Shown: positions 10,900 through 21,283, counted from the first letter of the stretch. The stretch is DNA of 32,000 bases from Xylella taiwanensis (GCF_013177435.1 NZ_CP053627.1:1140001-1172000); one strand, 5' to 3'. A program made the numbers and translations. Notes: generated from the letters alone by a model not told the origin.

Positions 10900-11520
10900 C
10901 AGATCTATTTCCGCTATGTCAGTACGGTAGTTACCGGGCTTGTTCTGTCAATCATTGTTGGCTGAGTGTTGGTCGCGCTGAGACGGTGGATTGAGTAGGT
11001 ATCTGCAAGCGCTTGCTGAGTCGGAAGCCAGAAACGGCAAGGCGTTGGTGTCTCTTTAAAGTAAATCGTGCGGATCTTGTGGTTTTCATCAGCATGGTTC
11101 ATGAGCGGGTGCGATGGGCGATTCGGCGGCCCAAGCCACTTGAGCTATTCGTAACCTTTCGGCACATCATGTGCTTATCTAGGCGATAGATGGTCGTACA
11201 AGTGTCCGCCGTGTAAAGGCGGCTCTTGGTGCGCCATCCACCATTGCATTTGCCGATAGCCGGCGGAGTGTTTTTGGGGGTGTGCTGGTGCCGTCCGGAT
11301 GCATCTTCACAATGCTAGTTGTCAAGTGACACAACCTGGATCTTGATCTACACGATCTGCGCTTGCTGAGGTAATTCCAAGGCTCGATTCAGCTCGTTCG
11401 GCTTCGTCCATGGCTTCATGCATGTGTAAATTGTGTAGAAGTGGCCGAAGCGCTTGGTAGACCACGCCATTTCCAGCCATACTCAGCAAGAGCCTGCTGC
11501 GATTTTCATACCCGCGGTCC
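10900..11520 (-). pseudogene. IS5-family transposase, heavily degraded N-terminal/central relic (boundaries approximate)
   Basis: Minus-strand fragments in shifting frames:
- WRGLP / KRFGHFYTIYTCMKPWTKPNE, matching WRDLP.RFG.W.TVY.RF.RW
- VVSLDN*HCEDASG...PPAIGKCNGGWRTKSRLY, matching LDST.V.AH....G...QAIG.SRGG.TTKIH
- MNHADENHKIR, matching MDRAYE.DETR

There are multiple stops and frameshifts. Confidence 0.55.
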
Positions 11521-12042
11521 TGAATGGAAATTACCTCAGCATCATGAGTGTTAACAGAGTCTAGACCAGATAAACATTCTATAAGTGACGAATCAAGTGT
11601 CGAGGTACGTATCGCTTTGTTGTTGGTCTTAAGGAAGGCTCTTTAGCAGGAGAACGCTCGTATGCATGAGATAGACGTTCAAGAGAAGTTCAAGCTTAAG
11701 GTGCCGGAAGTACTTGTGAAAAAGCAATGCAACCATCGTGATGCTCCAAACGGCTATTCAAAAAAGATGTTCCTGACTCCAGCAAGTACGTGTACTGCAT
11801 CTTTGGAGAGGTGTATGTGATATTTACTGATCAAGCCAGGTAGGCGTTTAGTGCGTAAGACACGCCTGCTATTCATGGTTCCCAAGGATATTGTTAGGTT
11901 TGGTTGATCGACCTCATGCACGATGACCGATTGACAACATGTCTTAATGAGATCTGTTTGACTTTGTCCGAGCACAAGATCCACCTGGGTCAGCGTAATG
12001 CTTGCTTTGAAGGCTGAAGTGGAAATAAGTGATGTTCGGTGA

Positions 12043-12924
12043 TTACTTTTTGGAGCGCTTGGGGCGCTTTTTTGCTCGTCGACGTGGTGTGGGTGGTGGA
12101 TGTTCGACTGACAGGCCGTGTACCTGTACTAGGCGCAATTCGTCGGTGTCGATCTGCAATGCGGTCAGTTTGCCGCCCCAGACTGCACCAGTGTCGATTG
12201 CGTGGATGCCTTGAGTGATAGTCAATCCCAGCGTCGACCAATGGCCACAGACGATCTTGAGATCACGTTCAACCCGGCCTGGCACTTCGAACCACGGATA
12301 CATGCCTTGAGTTTGTGTTCCCGGTGTTCCTTTGTCCTCGGTGGAGATTCGCCCGCGTGGAGTACAGTAGCGCATGCGTGTCAGCACATTGATGATTGCA
12401 CGGCTGCGGTTGTAGCCGCTCAGCGCTGGCGACCAATCGGGCTTGTCGCCATACATGCTGTGCAGCAGCTTATGGTATTCGGCGCTGTGTAGCTGCTGTT
12501 CGACCTCTTGTGCCAGTTTCTCCGCCATCTGAGTCGTCCACTTTGGTGCTAATCCTGCATGCACCATCATCCAGCCGGCGGTGCGATCGACATGAATCAG
12601 TTTCTGCATGCGTAGCCAGGTAAGTATTTCGTCGCGGTCCTCAGCGGTGATGATGCGTAGCAGATCGGGATTGACCTTGTTTTGCTCCTCTTCGCTGCGG
12701 ACGGTGATTGCTAATAGTGAAAGATCATGGTTACCCAGTACCACGACACTGTGGGTGCGGAGTGAATGTACCAAGCGTAGTGTTTCCAACGATTGACCGC
12801 CGCGATTGACCAAGTCGCCGCAAAACCACAACGTATCCTGCGAAGGGTCGAAGCGGATATTTTCCAGCAGGCGTTGGGTGGCGTCATAGCAGCCTTGCAG
12901 GTCACCGATGGCCCAGATGCTCAT
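12043..12924 (-). CDS. apaH: Bis(5'-nucleosyl)-tetraphosphatase (symmetrical) ApaH
   Basis: 293 aa with metallophosphatase motifs IGDLQGC, GDLVNRG, GNHD and HAG. It is collinear with E. coli ApaH, except for a basic C-terminal tail. It sits downstream of apaG, as in the classical operon. Confidence 0.93.
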   Translation of the reverse strand: MSIWAIGDLQGCYDATQRLLENIRFDPSQDTLWFCGDLVNRGGQSLETLRLVHSLRTHSVVVLGNHDLSLLAITVRSEEEQNKVNPDLLRIITAEDRDEILTWLRMQKLIHVDRTAGWMMVHAGLAPKWTTQMAEKLAQEVEQQLHSAEYHKLLHSMYGDKPDWSPALSGYNRSRAIINVLTRMRYCTPRGRISTEDKGTPGTQTQGMYPWFEVPGRVERDLKIVCGHWSTLGLTITQGIHAIDTGAVWGGKLTALQIDTDELRLVQVHGLSVEHPPPTPRRRAKKRPKRSKK

Positions 12925-12937
12925 CTATGCGCCTCCG

Positions 12938-13321
12938 TCAGTGTAGTGTTCGCGGCACACTGAGTACGAATGGGGCAATTGTGGCGGTGAATTCGGTACC
13001 GTCATCGGCCATCATGTCGTAATGTCCTTGCATCTGGCCCTGTTCGGTTCCCAACACTACCCCAGAGGTGTAGCGAAATTCTTCGCCTGGACGCAGTCGC
13101 GGTTGTTCTCCGATGACTCCCTCGCCAGTGACGTACTCGACCTTACCGTTGGCGTCGGTAATCTGCCAGTGGCGTGCGATCAGTCGTGCAGCGATATGCC
13201 CAGTGTTGTAGATCCGGATGGTGTAGGCGAAGACATAGCGGCCTTCATTACGGTTAGATTGGTTGTCGAGGAAGCGGGACGAGACAACCACCTCGATCTG
13301 AGAACTGGGATTGTTTTGCAT
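12938..13321 (-). CDS. apaG: ApaG (DUF525) protein
   Basis: 127 aa with [40 protein letters not shown] and G.MQGHY.M blocks shared with E. coli ApaG. Confidence 0.93.
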
Positions 13322-13357
13322 GTGTGCAGTGTAAGCAAAGTGGCGTATGAATGCCGT

Positions 13358-14155
13358 TCAAATGTCCTTGGCATTGGCGAGCGCGATGAATTCCGTCACT
13401 TCCAGTTGTTCGGCACGTGCGTCAGCGCGTATCCCGGCATTTTCGAAGTGGGCTGGTGTGCATACACCGGCAAGGGCGTTACGCAGTGTCTTGCGACGTT
13501 GACCGAATGCCGCACGCACGATGTCGGTGAAACGCTTTGTATCAGCGATACGGATTTTGGCTGGATCACGTGGCACTAGTTTGGTTATCGCCGAATCCAC
13601 CTTCGGTGGTGGTTGGAAGGCGTCAGGTGGTACCACGAACATTGTAGTCACCTCGCACCAAGCTTGTAGCATGACACTGAGCCGACCGTAGATCTTGCTA
13701 CCTGGAGGGGCCGCCATGCGGTCCACTACTTCTTTCTGCAACATGAAGTGCATGTCGGCGATGATTGCAGCATGTTGTAGTACGTGGAAAAGGATCGGTG
13801 AGGAGATGTTGTAGGGAAGGTTGCCGATCAGCCGCAGCTTGTTATTTCCTTGTTTGGCCAGAATGGAGAAGTCCACAGTGAGCACGTCGCGGTGGATGAT
13901 GGTCAATTTGCCTAGTGGTGCAGCAGCAGCGGTCAGCGGAGTGATCAGGTCGCGATCCAACTCAATTGCGGTCAGAGAGCCGTAGCGTTTCAGCAGTGGC
14001 AGGGTGATCGCGCCCTGGCCGGGGCCAATTTCGACCATGTGGTCGTTTGGTTGAGGATCGATGGCATGCACGATGCGGTCGATGTAGTAACGGTCAACAA
14101 GGAAGTGTTGGCCCAACGCTTTTTTCGCTGGTGCATTGAACAGTCGAGATTCCAT
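13358..14155 (-). CDS. rsmA: 16S rRNA (adenine1518/1519-N6)-dimethyltransferase RsmA/KsgA
   Basis: The protein carries ALGQHFL, the SAM-binding motif VEIGPGQGAITLPLL, and IGNLPYNISSPILF. The tracked ORF (to 14308) adds 51 non-homologous residues; the ATG at 14155 (MESRLFNAPAKKALGQHFL) gives the usual length of about 265 aa. Confidence 0.9.
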   Translation of the reverse strand: MESRLFNAPAKKALGQHFLVDRYYIDRIVHAIDPQPNDHMVEIGPGQGAITLPLLKRYGSLTAIELDRDLITPLTAAAAPLGKLTIIHRDVLTVDFSILAKQGNNKLRLIGNLPYNISSPILFHVLQHAAIIADMHFMLQKEVVDRMAAPPGSKIYGRLSVMLQAWCEVTTMFVVPPDAFQPPPKVDSAITKLVPRDPAKIRIADTKRFTDIVRAAFGQRRKTLRNALAGVCTPAHFENAGIRADARAEQLEVTEFIALANAKDI

Positions 14156-15304
14156 ACCAGTGGATTCTAGTTGATTGAGGTGTCTGGGTAGCAGCGGTGC
14201 TAGTTGTGTGCTGGGAGGTGCTGTGTGACTGATTGTCTGGCTCGTCTTGTGGCATTGGTGTCCAAGAAGCGAGCTTTGCTGATCGTATATTTCAACGAAA
14301 GTACTCAATGAGATGCACCAGATGAATCAAGTCCATATGGAAATAAACTACCTACCTTGGTGAACACTGTATGTTAAGAGAGATATCGAACGAAGTTCAT
14401 TTGTTAAGAAAAAGCTCATTTAAGGTTTCCCTGCAGGAGCCAGTGAACGCATCAGTGAGGTATCCAATGAACCCTTATACAGTCGTAAAAAAGACTAGCA
14501 ATGCTTACATTGAGCAACTCACTCAATCACACCTATCGCATGCATGTGCCAGATTGGGATGTCTTCATTAATTTGGATGGGGACGTGAGGTTGCATCACA
14601 GTGGAATCGGTGACATCACGATTGTTCTTATCGATGTTTGCATTGGGTGTTCAGTAAGTTGATGTCTGTCTGAGATCTATTCCTCTGCTGCATGTTCTTG
14701 ACGTATTAACGCCAGAGTAACTTCCGCTTTATTAGCGGCGCTATATGCCAATCTCAGGGACACAGAACGGGTAATGTTGTATGCGTTGAATGCAGGACAG
14801 TGACGACGAGTGGTCGGTACATCAGTGCAGTGAGCTGCGTCTGCTGGGTTGATGCTGCGGGTATACGATGGATCTATGACTTTCCTGTCAGCAAGAAGCG
14901 GTTGGCTATGTTGGTTTTTTGGGTGGTGCTGGCCTGCAACGTACTGACAGTTTGATCGAACACGTAGACAGAGGCTTCTGGAGATTAGAAGTGCCTAAGT
15001 ACTCCTTGGAGATGGAGATTGTTAGCTAGAATCGATGATGTTATTGCCTCCAGTGTGAAGTGCCTACTAATTCGGTAGCAGGCTCAGGTGCCAGTGAAAC
15101 ACAAGCTCCCCCGGCAAGTTCGATGGCGATGTATGAGGCCGCATTTGTTTTGTGCTATGTCGCATCTCGAAAGGGATCAAGCAGACATAGGGATCGAAAA
15201 CATTAGATCTAAGTGAAAGTCTTGTTGTCCTGGTGTGTCGGTCTGCCGACGTACAGCGAGTATGAGTCTAGTTGTTTGCTGTAGGCATGCAGGAAAAAGT
15301 GAGA

Positions 15305-15937
15305 TCAGCCAGCTACCACAAATGGCCAAGTGTTGGTGATTGTGCAGAATAGGTGAGCGGTTTGTTCAGCATCGTAGACCGCGCTGTGTGCGTCAGCTGC
15401 GTTCCAATCCAAGCCGGCGGCTTGTACTGCACGTGCTAATACAGTTTGGCCGTAGGCGATGCCTGCTAGAGTCACAGTGTCAAATACGCTGAAATGATGG
15501 AACGGATTTCGTTTGTGTGTGGTTCGCGCGACTGCTGCGTTGAGGAAGTTGAGATCAAAATGGGCATTGTGTCCTACCAAGATTGCGCGCTGGCATCTGT
15601 ATTTCTTCATTGTTGCGCGCACTGGTGCGAATATGTGTTCCAGCGCGAGCTTTTCTTCCTTGGCGAAGAGAAAAGGATGGTCGAGTATGATGCCAGTGAC
15701 CTCCAGTGATTTTGGATCGATGTCGGTACCAGGTGCGGGAATCACATGGGTACTGGTGATTTCGCCAGGGTAGAGTCTTCCAGTGTCGTCCATCTCAATG
15801 GGGACACAGGCGATTTCTAGCAGAGCGTGGTGGTTCCAGTTAAAGCCACCTGTTTCAACGTCGACCACTACGGGCAGATAGCCGCGGAAGCGCTGGGACA
15901 TTGGCGGATGGGTGGATGGTGTGATGGATTGGTTCAT
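15305..15937 (-). CDS. rnt: Ribonuclease T
   Basis: DEDDh exonuclease with [30 protein letters not shown] and [11 protein letters not shown]. It is collinear with E. coli RNase T. The ATG is at 15937; the tracked ORF opens one codon earlier with GTG. Confidence 0.92.
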
Positions 15938-16182
15938 CACGGTAGCCTAACAGGACAGCATTCGATCAGGTTGAAGTGCCCGGTTGTGCGGAGAGATATA
16001 ACCTATGGGAATGAGACTTGCTATACATATTAGTTAGTAAGCCGTTGGGCGAATTGGTTGCGCTGCTAATGGGCTCACGATCAGCACGAAACATCTAGTT
16101 CATAAGAGCCAATTGTATTTGTGGTGTCTAGGCCACTTGTTCGAACTTTTCTTATTTTGAATTTGATCTTTCAATGTAAAAC

Positions 16183-16893
16183 TCAATCGAGGTTTGCGTC
16201 GCTGGTGTTATCGCGCTTTTCCCGCGGTGGGAGCATCTGTTCGCCGTTGAGAAGAAATAAGACGTTCTCTGCGATATTGGTAGCGTGGTCACCGATGCGC
16301 TCCAGGTTCTTGGCCATGAACAGTAGATGTATGCATGGGGTGATGTTGCGAGTGTCTTCCATCATGTAAGTGAGTAGCTCTCGGAATAACGCCGTGTATT
16401 GAGCGTCCAGACGGGCATCATTCTCGCGCACCTTCATTGCGATCTGTTCATCCTTCTTGCTGTAGGACAGCAGTGCATTCCGTACTGCTTGCGCAGCAAA
16501 CTGGCCAAGGGCGCATAGGCTGACGGTCTGGGGTAGAGGTGGCATGGTGTTGAGTGCGATCGAGCGCTTGGCTACATTGGCAGCGTAGTCGCCGATACGT
16601 TCAATGTCAGCGGGGATACGTAGGCCGACGAGGATTTCTCGTAGGTCGCGGGCCATTGGCCCGCGTAGGGCCAAGCGCATCACGTCGTGACTGATTGAGT
16701 GTTCGAGTGTGTCGATCGCTTCATCGTTCATGACGATTCGATCTGCGGCCTTATCGTCTCGACGTTCGACGACGTCCAATGCAGCTTCAAGTTGTGCGAC
16801 TGCGATTTCACCCATGTGTACAATTTCGGTGACCAGGCTGTTCAATTCGTCGTCGTAGCTCTTCACGATATGGTAGTTATACAAAGCATTCAT
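16183..16893 (-). CDS. phoU: Phosphate signalling complex protein PhoU
   Basis: 236 aa, with the two PhoU repeats carrying the E/D...D metal motifs (ADIERIGDYAANVAK and KNLERIGDHATNIAE). It directly follows pstB. Confidence 0.93.
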   Translation of the reverse strand: MNALYNYHIVKSYDDELNSLVTEIVHMGEIAVAQLEAALDVVERRDDKAADRIVMNDEAIDTLEHSISHDVMRLALRGPMARDLREILVGLRIPADIERIGDYAANVAKRSIALNTMPPLPQTVSLCALGQFAAQAVRNALLSYSKKDEQIAMKVRENDARLDAQYTALFRELLTYMMEDTRNITPCIHLLFMAKNLERIGDHATNIAENVLFLLNGEQMLPPREKRDNTSDANLD

Positions 16894-16911
16894 AGTGTGC
16901 GTTGTGTGGGT

Positions 16912-17766
16912 TCAGCCAAATCGACCGGTGATGTAATCTTCGGTCTGCTGTTTAGATGGCTGTGAAAAGATAGTTTCGGTACTGTCGTGTTCGATCAGGT
17001 CGCCTAGATACATGAAGCCAGTGTAGTCGGATACGCGTGCGGCTTGTTGCATGTTGTGAGTGACGATCACGATGGTGTATTTGGTTTTTAGTTCCTCAAT
17101 GAGTTGTTCGATGCGACTGGTCGAGATTGGATCCAGCGCCGAAGTCGGTTCATCAAGCAGCAGTACCGAAGGTGTTAACGCCACTGCGCGTGCGATGCAC
17201 AGACGTTGCTGTTGGCCTCCGGACAGGCCCAGTGCGTTTTGATTCAACTTATCTTTGACTTCATCCCATAGCGCACTCTGGCGCAGCGCCTGTTCGACGC
17301 GGTCATGCATTTCGCTTTTGGAGAGCACTTCATGATGGCGGATGCCGTAGGCAACATTCTCGTAGATTGTCATGGGGAATGGCACAGGTTTTTGGAATAC
17401 CATGCCCACCTTGCTGCGCAGTCGGTTTATCGAATACTTCGGCGATAAGATATTTTCGCCGTCTAAGAACACCTCACCGCGCGCCTCTAGTTTGGGATAT
17501 AGCGCATAGATCCGGTTGAAGATGCGTAGCAGCGTTGATTTGCCACAGCCCGATGGTCCGATCAGTGCGGTTACGCGCTTTTCAGGGATTTCTAAATTAA
17601 TTTGCTTCAGTGCTTGGGACGTGCCGTAGTAGAAGTCGAGGTTGCGTGTAGCAATTTTGACTGGAGGTGTCGTCGGTGACGTATTGGCAGATGCTGGGAC
17701 AGCAATGCGTTGCATCGGCAATGCGTTGTGGAGTTCGTTCATGAAAGGTGCCCGAGAAAGATTCAT
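16912..17766 (-). CDS. pstB: Phosphate ABC transporter ATP-binding protein PstB
   Basis: Walker [10 protein letters not shown], signature [14 protein letters not shown], Walker [12 protein letters not shown]. The ATG overlaps the pstA stop (ATGA), which supports the long N-terminus. An alternative ATG gives MNELHNAL... Confidence 0.93.
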
Positions 17767-18626
17767 TCGTTGGATATCTTGTTGCGCAGCAATAGTGCAC
17801 GTGCGCCCAGGCTAACTAGCAGAACGAACAGAGTGAGTACCAATGCACCAGCCCACGCCAGCACTTGCCAAGACTGATATGGGCTGCCGGCGAATTGGTT
17901 CATCACCACAGGCACGGAGGCCATGGGCTGGAAGATATTGCTGTTCCAGTATTGGTTGCCAAATGCTGTAAAGAGTAGCGGTGCAGTTTCGCCGCTGATA
18001 CGCGCCAGTGCTAGAAGAATACCAGTGACGATGCCGGCCGAGGCGCTGCGGTATAACACCTGCATGATCATCTTCCACTGTGGGATGCCTAGTGATAGTG
18101 CTGCCTCACGCATTTGCCCTGGGACCAAGCGCAGCATCTCGTCAGTGGTGCGTACTACTATCGGAAGTACGATGAAAACCAGTGACAGGGTGCCAGCAAA
18201 CGCGGAGAATTGCCCACCGGTGTGCATCACGTAGAGAGTGTAGACAAACAGGCCGAGCACGATTGATGGTGCTGAGAGTAAGACATCGTTTACGAAGCGC
18301 ACCACGGTGCCTGTCTTGGATGCGTTGCCATATTCGGCCAGCCAAGTGCCGGCGGCGATGCCCAGAGGTGTGCCGATCACGATTGCAAGGATGCACATGA
18401 GTGCGCTGCCGAAGAACGCGTTAGCCAAGCCGCCTTCCTGCATGGGTGGCGGTGTTATTTGGGTGAATAGATCTAGACCTATCCCCGCTAGCCCCTTGGT
18501 GACGAGAGTCCACAAAATCCAACTAAGGAAGCAAAGACCGAACAGTGCAGTGATACAAGACATCACGATGGCGGCAGTGTTGATCAATCGGCGGCGGTTG
18601 TACAGACGTTGTGATACTGCGGACAT
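17763..18626 (-). CDS. pstA: Phosphate ABC transporter permease PstA
   Basis: 287 aa with 6 predicted TM segments and the EAA-loop region [18 protein letters not shown]. The ATG overlaps the pstC stop by 1 nt (TGATG). Confidence 0.92.
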
Positions 18627-19600
18627 CAGTTGCCCTCCTTGCGTGATAGCCGCATTAACATGATGCGAGTGACCATCAGTACTGCGAAGGTAACGATAAA
18701 CAGTACGAAGCCGAGTAGTAACAATGCCGAGCGGTAGGTTTCTGTGGCTTCGCCGAAGTCGTTGGCAATCAGCGCAGCGATCGTGGTTCCTGGTGTCAGT
18801 AACGAGGGCGACAAACGTACGCTATTGCCGATCACGAAAGTCACCGCCATGGTTTCGCCCAGTGCACGGCCTAGGCCGAGGAAGATGCCGCCGATCACTG
18901 CTGATCGGGTGTAGGGAAGCACAATGTTCCAACTCACCTCCCACTTGGTTGAACCCAGTGCGTATGCCGATTCTTTCAGTCGAGTCGGGACAGTCAGGAA
19001 CACCTCACGCATCATTGAGGAGATGAATGGAATCACCATGATTGCTAACACGAAGCCAGCAGTCAGTGTGCCGATTCCCAGCGGCGGTCCTTGAAACAGC
19101 ACGCCGATCAGCGGCAGAGTACCGAGGTGATCATTGAGGAACGGAGTGATGTGGTTGGTCATCACAGGCACTAGCGCAAACAGGCCCCACATGCCATAGA
19201 TGATGGATGGGATACCGGCCAGCAACTCAATTGCAGTGCCAACTGGTCTGCGCAGCCAGCGTGGTGCGACTTCGGTTAGGAAAAAAGCGATACCAAAGCT
19301 CACGGGCACCGCTATTAACATCGCAATCAGTGCGGTCACAATGGTGCCGTAGATCGGCGCTAGCGCACCGTATCTATTTTCTACGGGGTTCCATTCTGTG
19401 CTGTAGAAGAAGTTGATGCCTTGCAGTTGCAGTACGTGGCGTCCTCCCCACAGCATTGATAGGGCTGCACTCACTAAAGCGATCAAAACGAAGGCGACAG
19501 TGGCAGACAGTGCGAGCTTAAAGAAATAGTCGGCTCGTCCATCGCGCAGATCACGCCCGCCAAGAGTAGAGATCTCCTTGGGAATGAGGGTGGAAGTCAT
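18626..19600 (-). CDS. pstC: Phosphate ABC transporter permease PstC
   Basis: Polytopic permease with EAA loop KESAYALGSTKWEVSWNIVLP. The tracked ORF begins at a TTG (19669). The first ATG at 19600 (MTSTLIPKEI..) gives the usual length of about 324 aa. Confidence 0.9.
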   Translation of the reverse strand: MTSTLIPKEISTLGGRDLRDGRADYFFKLALSATVAFVLIALVSAALSMLWGGRHVLQLQGINFFYSTEWNPVENRYGALAPIYGTIVTALIAMLIAVPVSFGIAFFLTEVAPRWLRRPVGTAIELLAGIPSIIYGMWGLFALVPVMTNHITPFLNDHLGTLPLIGVLFQGPPLGIGTLTAGFVLAIMVIPFISSMMREVFLTVPTRLKESAYALGSTKWEVSWNIVLPYTRSAVIGGIFLGLGRALGETMAVTFVIGNSVRLSPSLLTPGTTIAALIANDFGEATETYRSALLLLGFVLFIVTFAVLMVTRIMLMRLSRKEGN

Positions 19601-19711
19601 TCTGATGGGCTCGTTATCTGTGGCTTGGATGGATTGGATGTGCCATATGCCTTTACGCTGGAAGGACAATGTACTAAGTAGGATTTTTGCCGTGTGTGTA
19701 TGTGTGACACA

Positions 19712-20806
19712 TCACTTGAATTCTGCAGCCCAGTAAGCTTCGATTTGCCTCACCAAATGTGGCGGCAACGGCACATAGTGCAATTCGTTTGCTTGTTTCT
19801 GGCCATTTTCAAAGGCCCACTTGAAGAAGTCCAGCGTGGCTTTTCGGTGTGCTGCATCCTTCGTTTGTTTGTGTATCAATATGAAGTTGGTTGCTGTGAT
19901 CGGCCAAGATTTTTCCCCTGTGGCGTTGGTGATCACTAGGTTGAAATCTTTTGCGTTCACCCAGTCTGCGTTGGATGCAGCTGCTGCAAAGCTTTCCGCA
20001 TTCGGTTGCACCCACTGACCAGCGGCGTTCTGTAGTGCTGTGTACGGCATTTTGTTCTGAAGCGCGTAAGCGAGCTCAACGTAGCCGATGGAGCCTTTGA
20101 TTTGTTGTACATATGAGGCTACACCCTCGTTGCCTTTGCCACCGATCCCTCCGGGCCACTGTAGTGAAGTGCCTTCACCAACTTTCTTTTTCCATTCTGG
20201 GCTGACTTTGGATAGATAGTTGCTGAAATTGTAAGTAGTGCCAGAGCCATCGGAGCGATGCACGATGTTGATTTTGGTGTCAGGAAGAGTTAATCCGGGG
20301 TTTGCGGCGACAATCGCTGTGTCGTTCCACTTGCTGATCTTGCCTAGGAAAATATCTGCAAGCAGGGTGCCGGTCAGACGTAATTTGCCAGGTTCGATGT
20401 TGTCTAGGTTCACAATCGGTACTACGCCACCGATTGCTGATGGAAACTGCCCTAGTCCGGCTTGGGCCAGTTCGTTACTGTCCAGTGGTTTGTCGGAAGA
20501 ACCAAAATCAATTGTTCCGCCTTTGATTTGGGCAATACCACCGCCTGAGCCGATCGACTGATAGTTGATCTTATTTCCGGTGGCGGCATTGTAGTCCGCT
20601 GACCATTGTGAGATCAGTGGATAGATGAAGGAGGCACCGGCGCCTGAAATCTTTACGCTCTTGGTTTGCTGGGCGGAGGGCGCCGTCGTACTGGTCTCAT
20701 CCTGTCTGATACCTGTTGGCTGATTGTCGTTGGAGAGTTTGCAGGCGCTGGTTGCCAGGGCGATGCCCAAAAATAGGGCAGTGAAACTAGCAAAATGTAC
20801 TTTCAT
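19712..20806 (-). CDS. pstS: Phosphate-binding protein PstS (lipoprotein-type signal peptide)
   Basis: PBP fold motifs GAGASFIYPLISQW, SIGSGGGI and HRSDGSGTTYNF. The signal peptide MKVHFASFTALFLGIALATSAC ends in a Cys. GGAG lies 5 nt upstream of the ATG at 20806; the ATG at 20827 lacks a Shine-Dalgarno sequence. Confidence 0.92.
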   Translation of the reverse strand: MKVHFASFTALFLGIALATSACKLSNDNQPTGIRQDETSTTAPSAQQTKSVKISGAGASFIYPLISQWSADYNAATGNKINYQSIGSGGGIAQIKGGTIDFGSSDKPLDSNELAQAGLGQFPSAIGGVVPIVNLDNIEPGKLRLTGTLLADIFLGKISKWNDTAIVAANPGLTLPDTKINIVHRSDGSGTTYNFSNYLSKVSPEWKKKVGEGTSLQWPGGIGGKGNEGVASYVQQIKGSIGYVELAYALQNKMPYTALQNAAGQWVQPNAESFAAAASNADWVNAKDFNLVITNATGEKSWPITATNFILIHKQTKDAAHRKATLDFFKWAFENGQKQANELHYVPLPPHLVRQIEAYWAAEFK

Positions 20807-20865
20807 GAAAACTCCAATAGTGCCCATTAAAGAGCCAGCAGATATCTATATGAAAAGATGTTTTT

Positions 20866-20883
20866 ATTGCAAATCAATGACAT
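20866..20883 (-). promoter_or_regulatory. Candidate Pho box upstream of pstS
   Basis: The minus strand reads ATGTCAT-tgat-TTGCAAT. The first half matches CTGTCAT at 6 of 7 positions, the second at 4 of 7, with the canonical 4-nt spacer. It lies 60-77 nt upstream of the pstS ATG, with CATATA/TATAGA -10-like hexamers 13-17 nt downstream. Weaker 11-bp-phased repeats run upstream to 20922. Confidence 0.3.
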
Positions 20884-21283
20884 TGTGTAGGTTGTGACGT
20901 GAGGCAAAAACGAGCTTTACAGAATCTCAAGGGAGGCAGATGCAAAGAAAGACTGTTATGGAAAACATGTTTGTGGGAGTGACTGCTTTCCAAAATCACC
21001 ATTATGAATACATGATTTCGGAGCTTCTTATTCGCGATGTAGTTGAAATTTCTTTTTTATCCTTACTGCATTTATAGCAACATTGAGTGTTTCTCTTAAA
21101 ACATTGATGGCCTCAACACTCATGTCAGGCTGAACTCCAGAGACGAAAAAGGTAAACAGACATCCTGAGGTCCATTCGTGAAAACTGTGGATCGCAGGTG
21201 CCAGTACGCGCATGATTGATGAGCCTGATGTAGAGTCGCTCGACTATCCGGGTGAAGTAGTGGCTCGAGGTTGGCGGAGTGGT

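Noticed and set aside
10678-11521. Candidate terminal inverted repeats for the central IS5 relic (GGGCCGTGTGTTGTGAAATCGG at 10678-10699 versus CGATTTTCATACCCGCGGTCC at 11501-11521)
   Set aside because: Only about 14 of 21 positions pair. The upstream arm would lie only about 40 nt from the WRGLP motif, leaving no room for the N-terminal 50 or so residues of the transposase. It is probably chance, or the element is truncated.
19692-19706. (GT)4-AT-(GT)3 dinucleotide tract and the TGTGTgACACA palindrome in the pstS-pstC spacer
   Set aside because: It is too short and imperfect to call a microsatellite or a stable hairpin. At most it is a minor mRNA-processing element.
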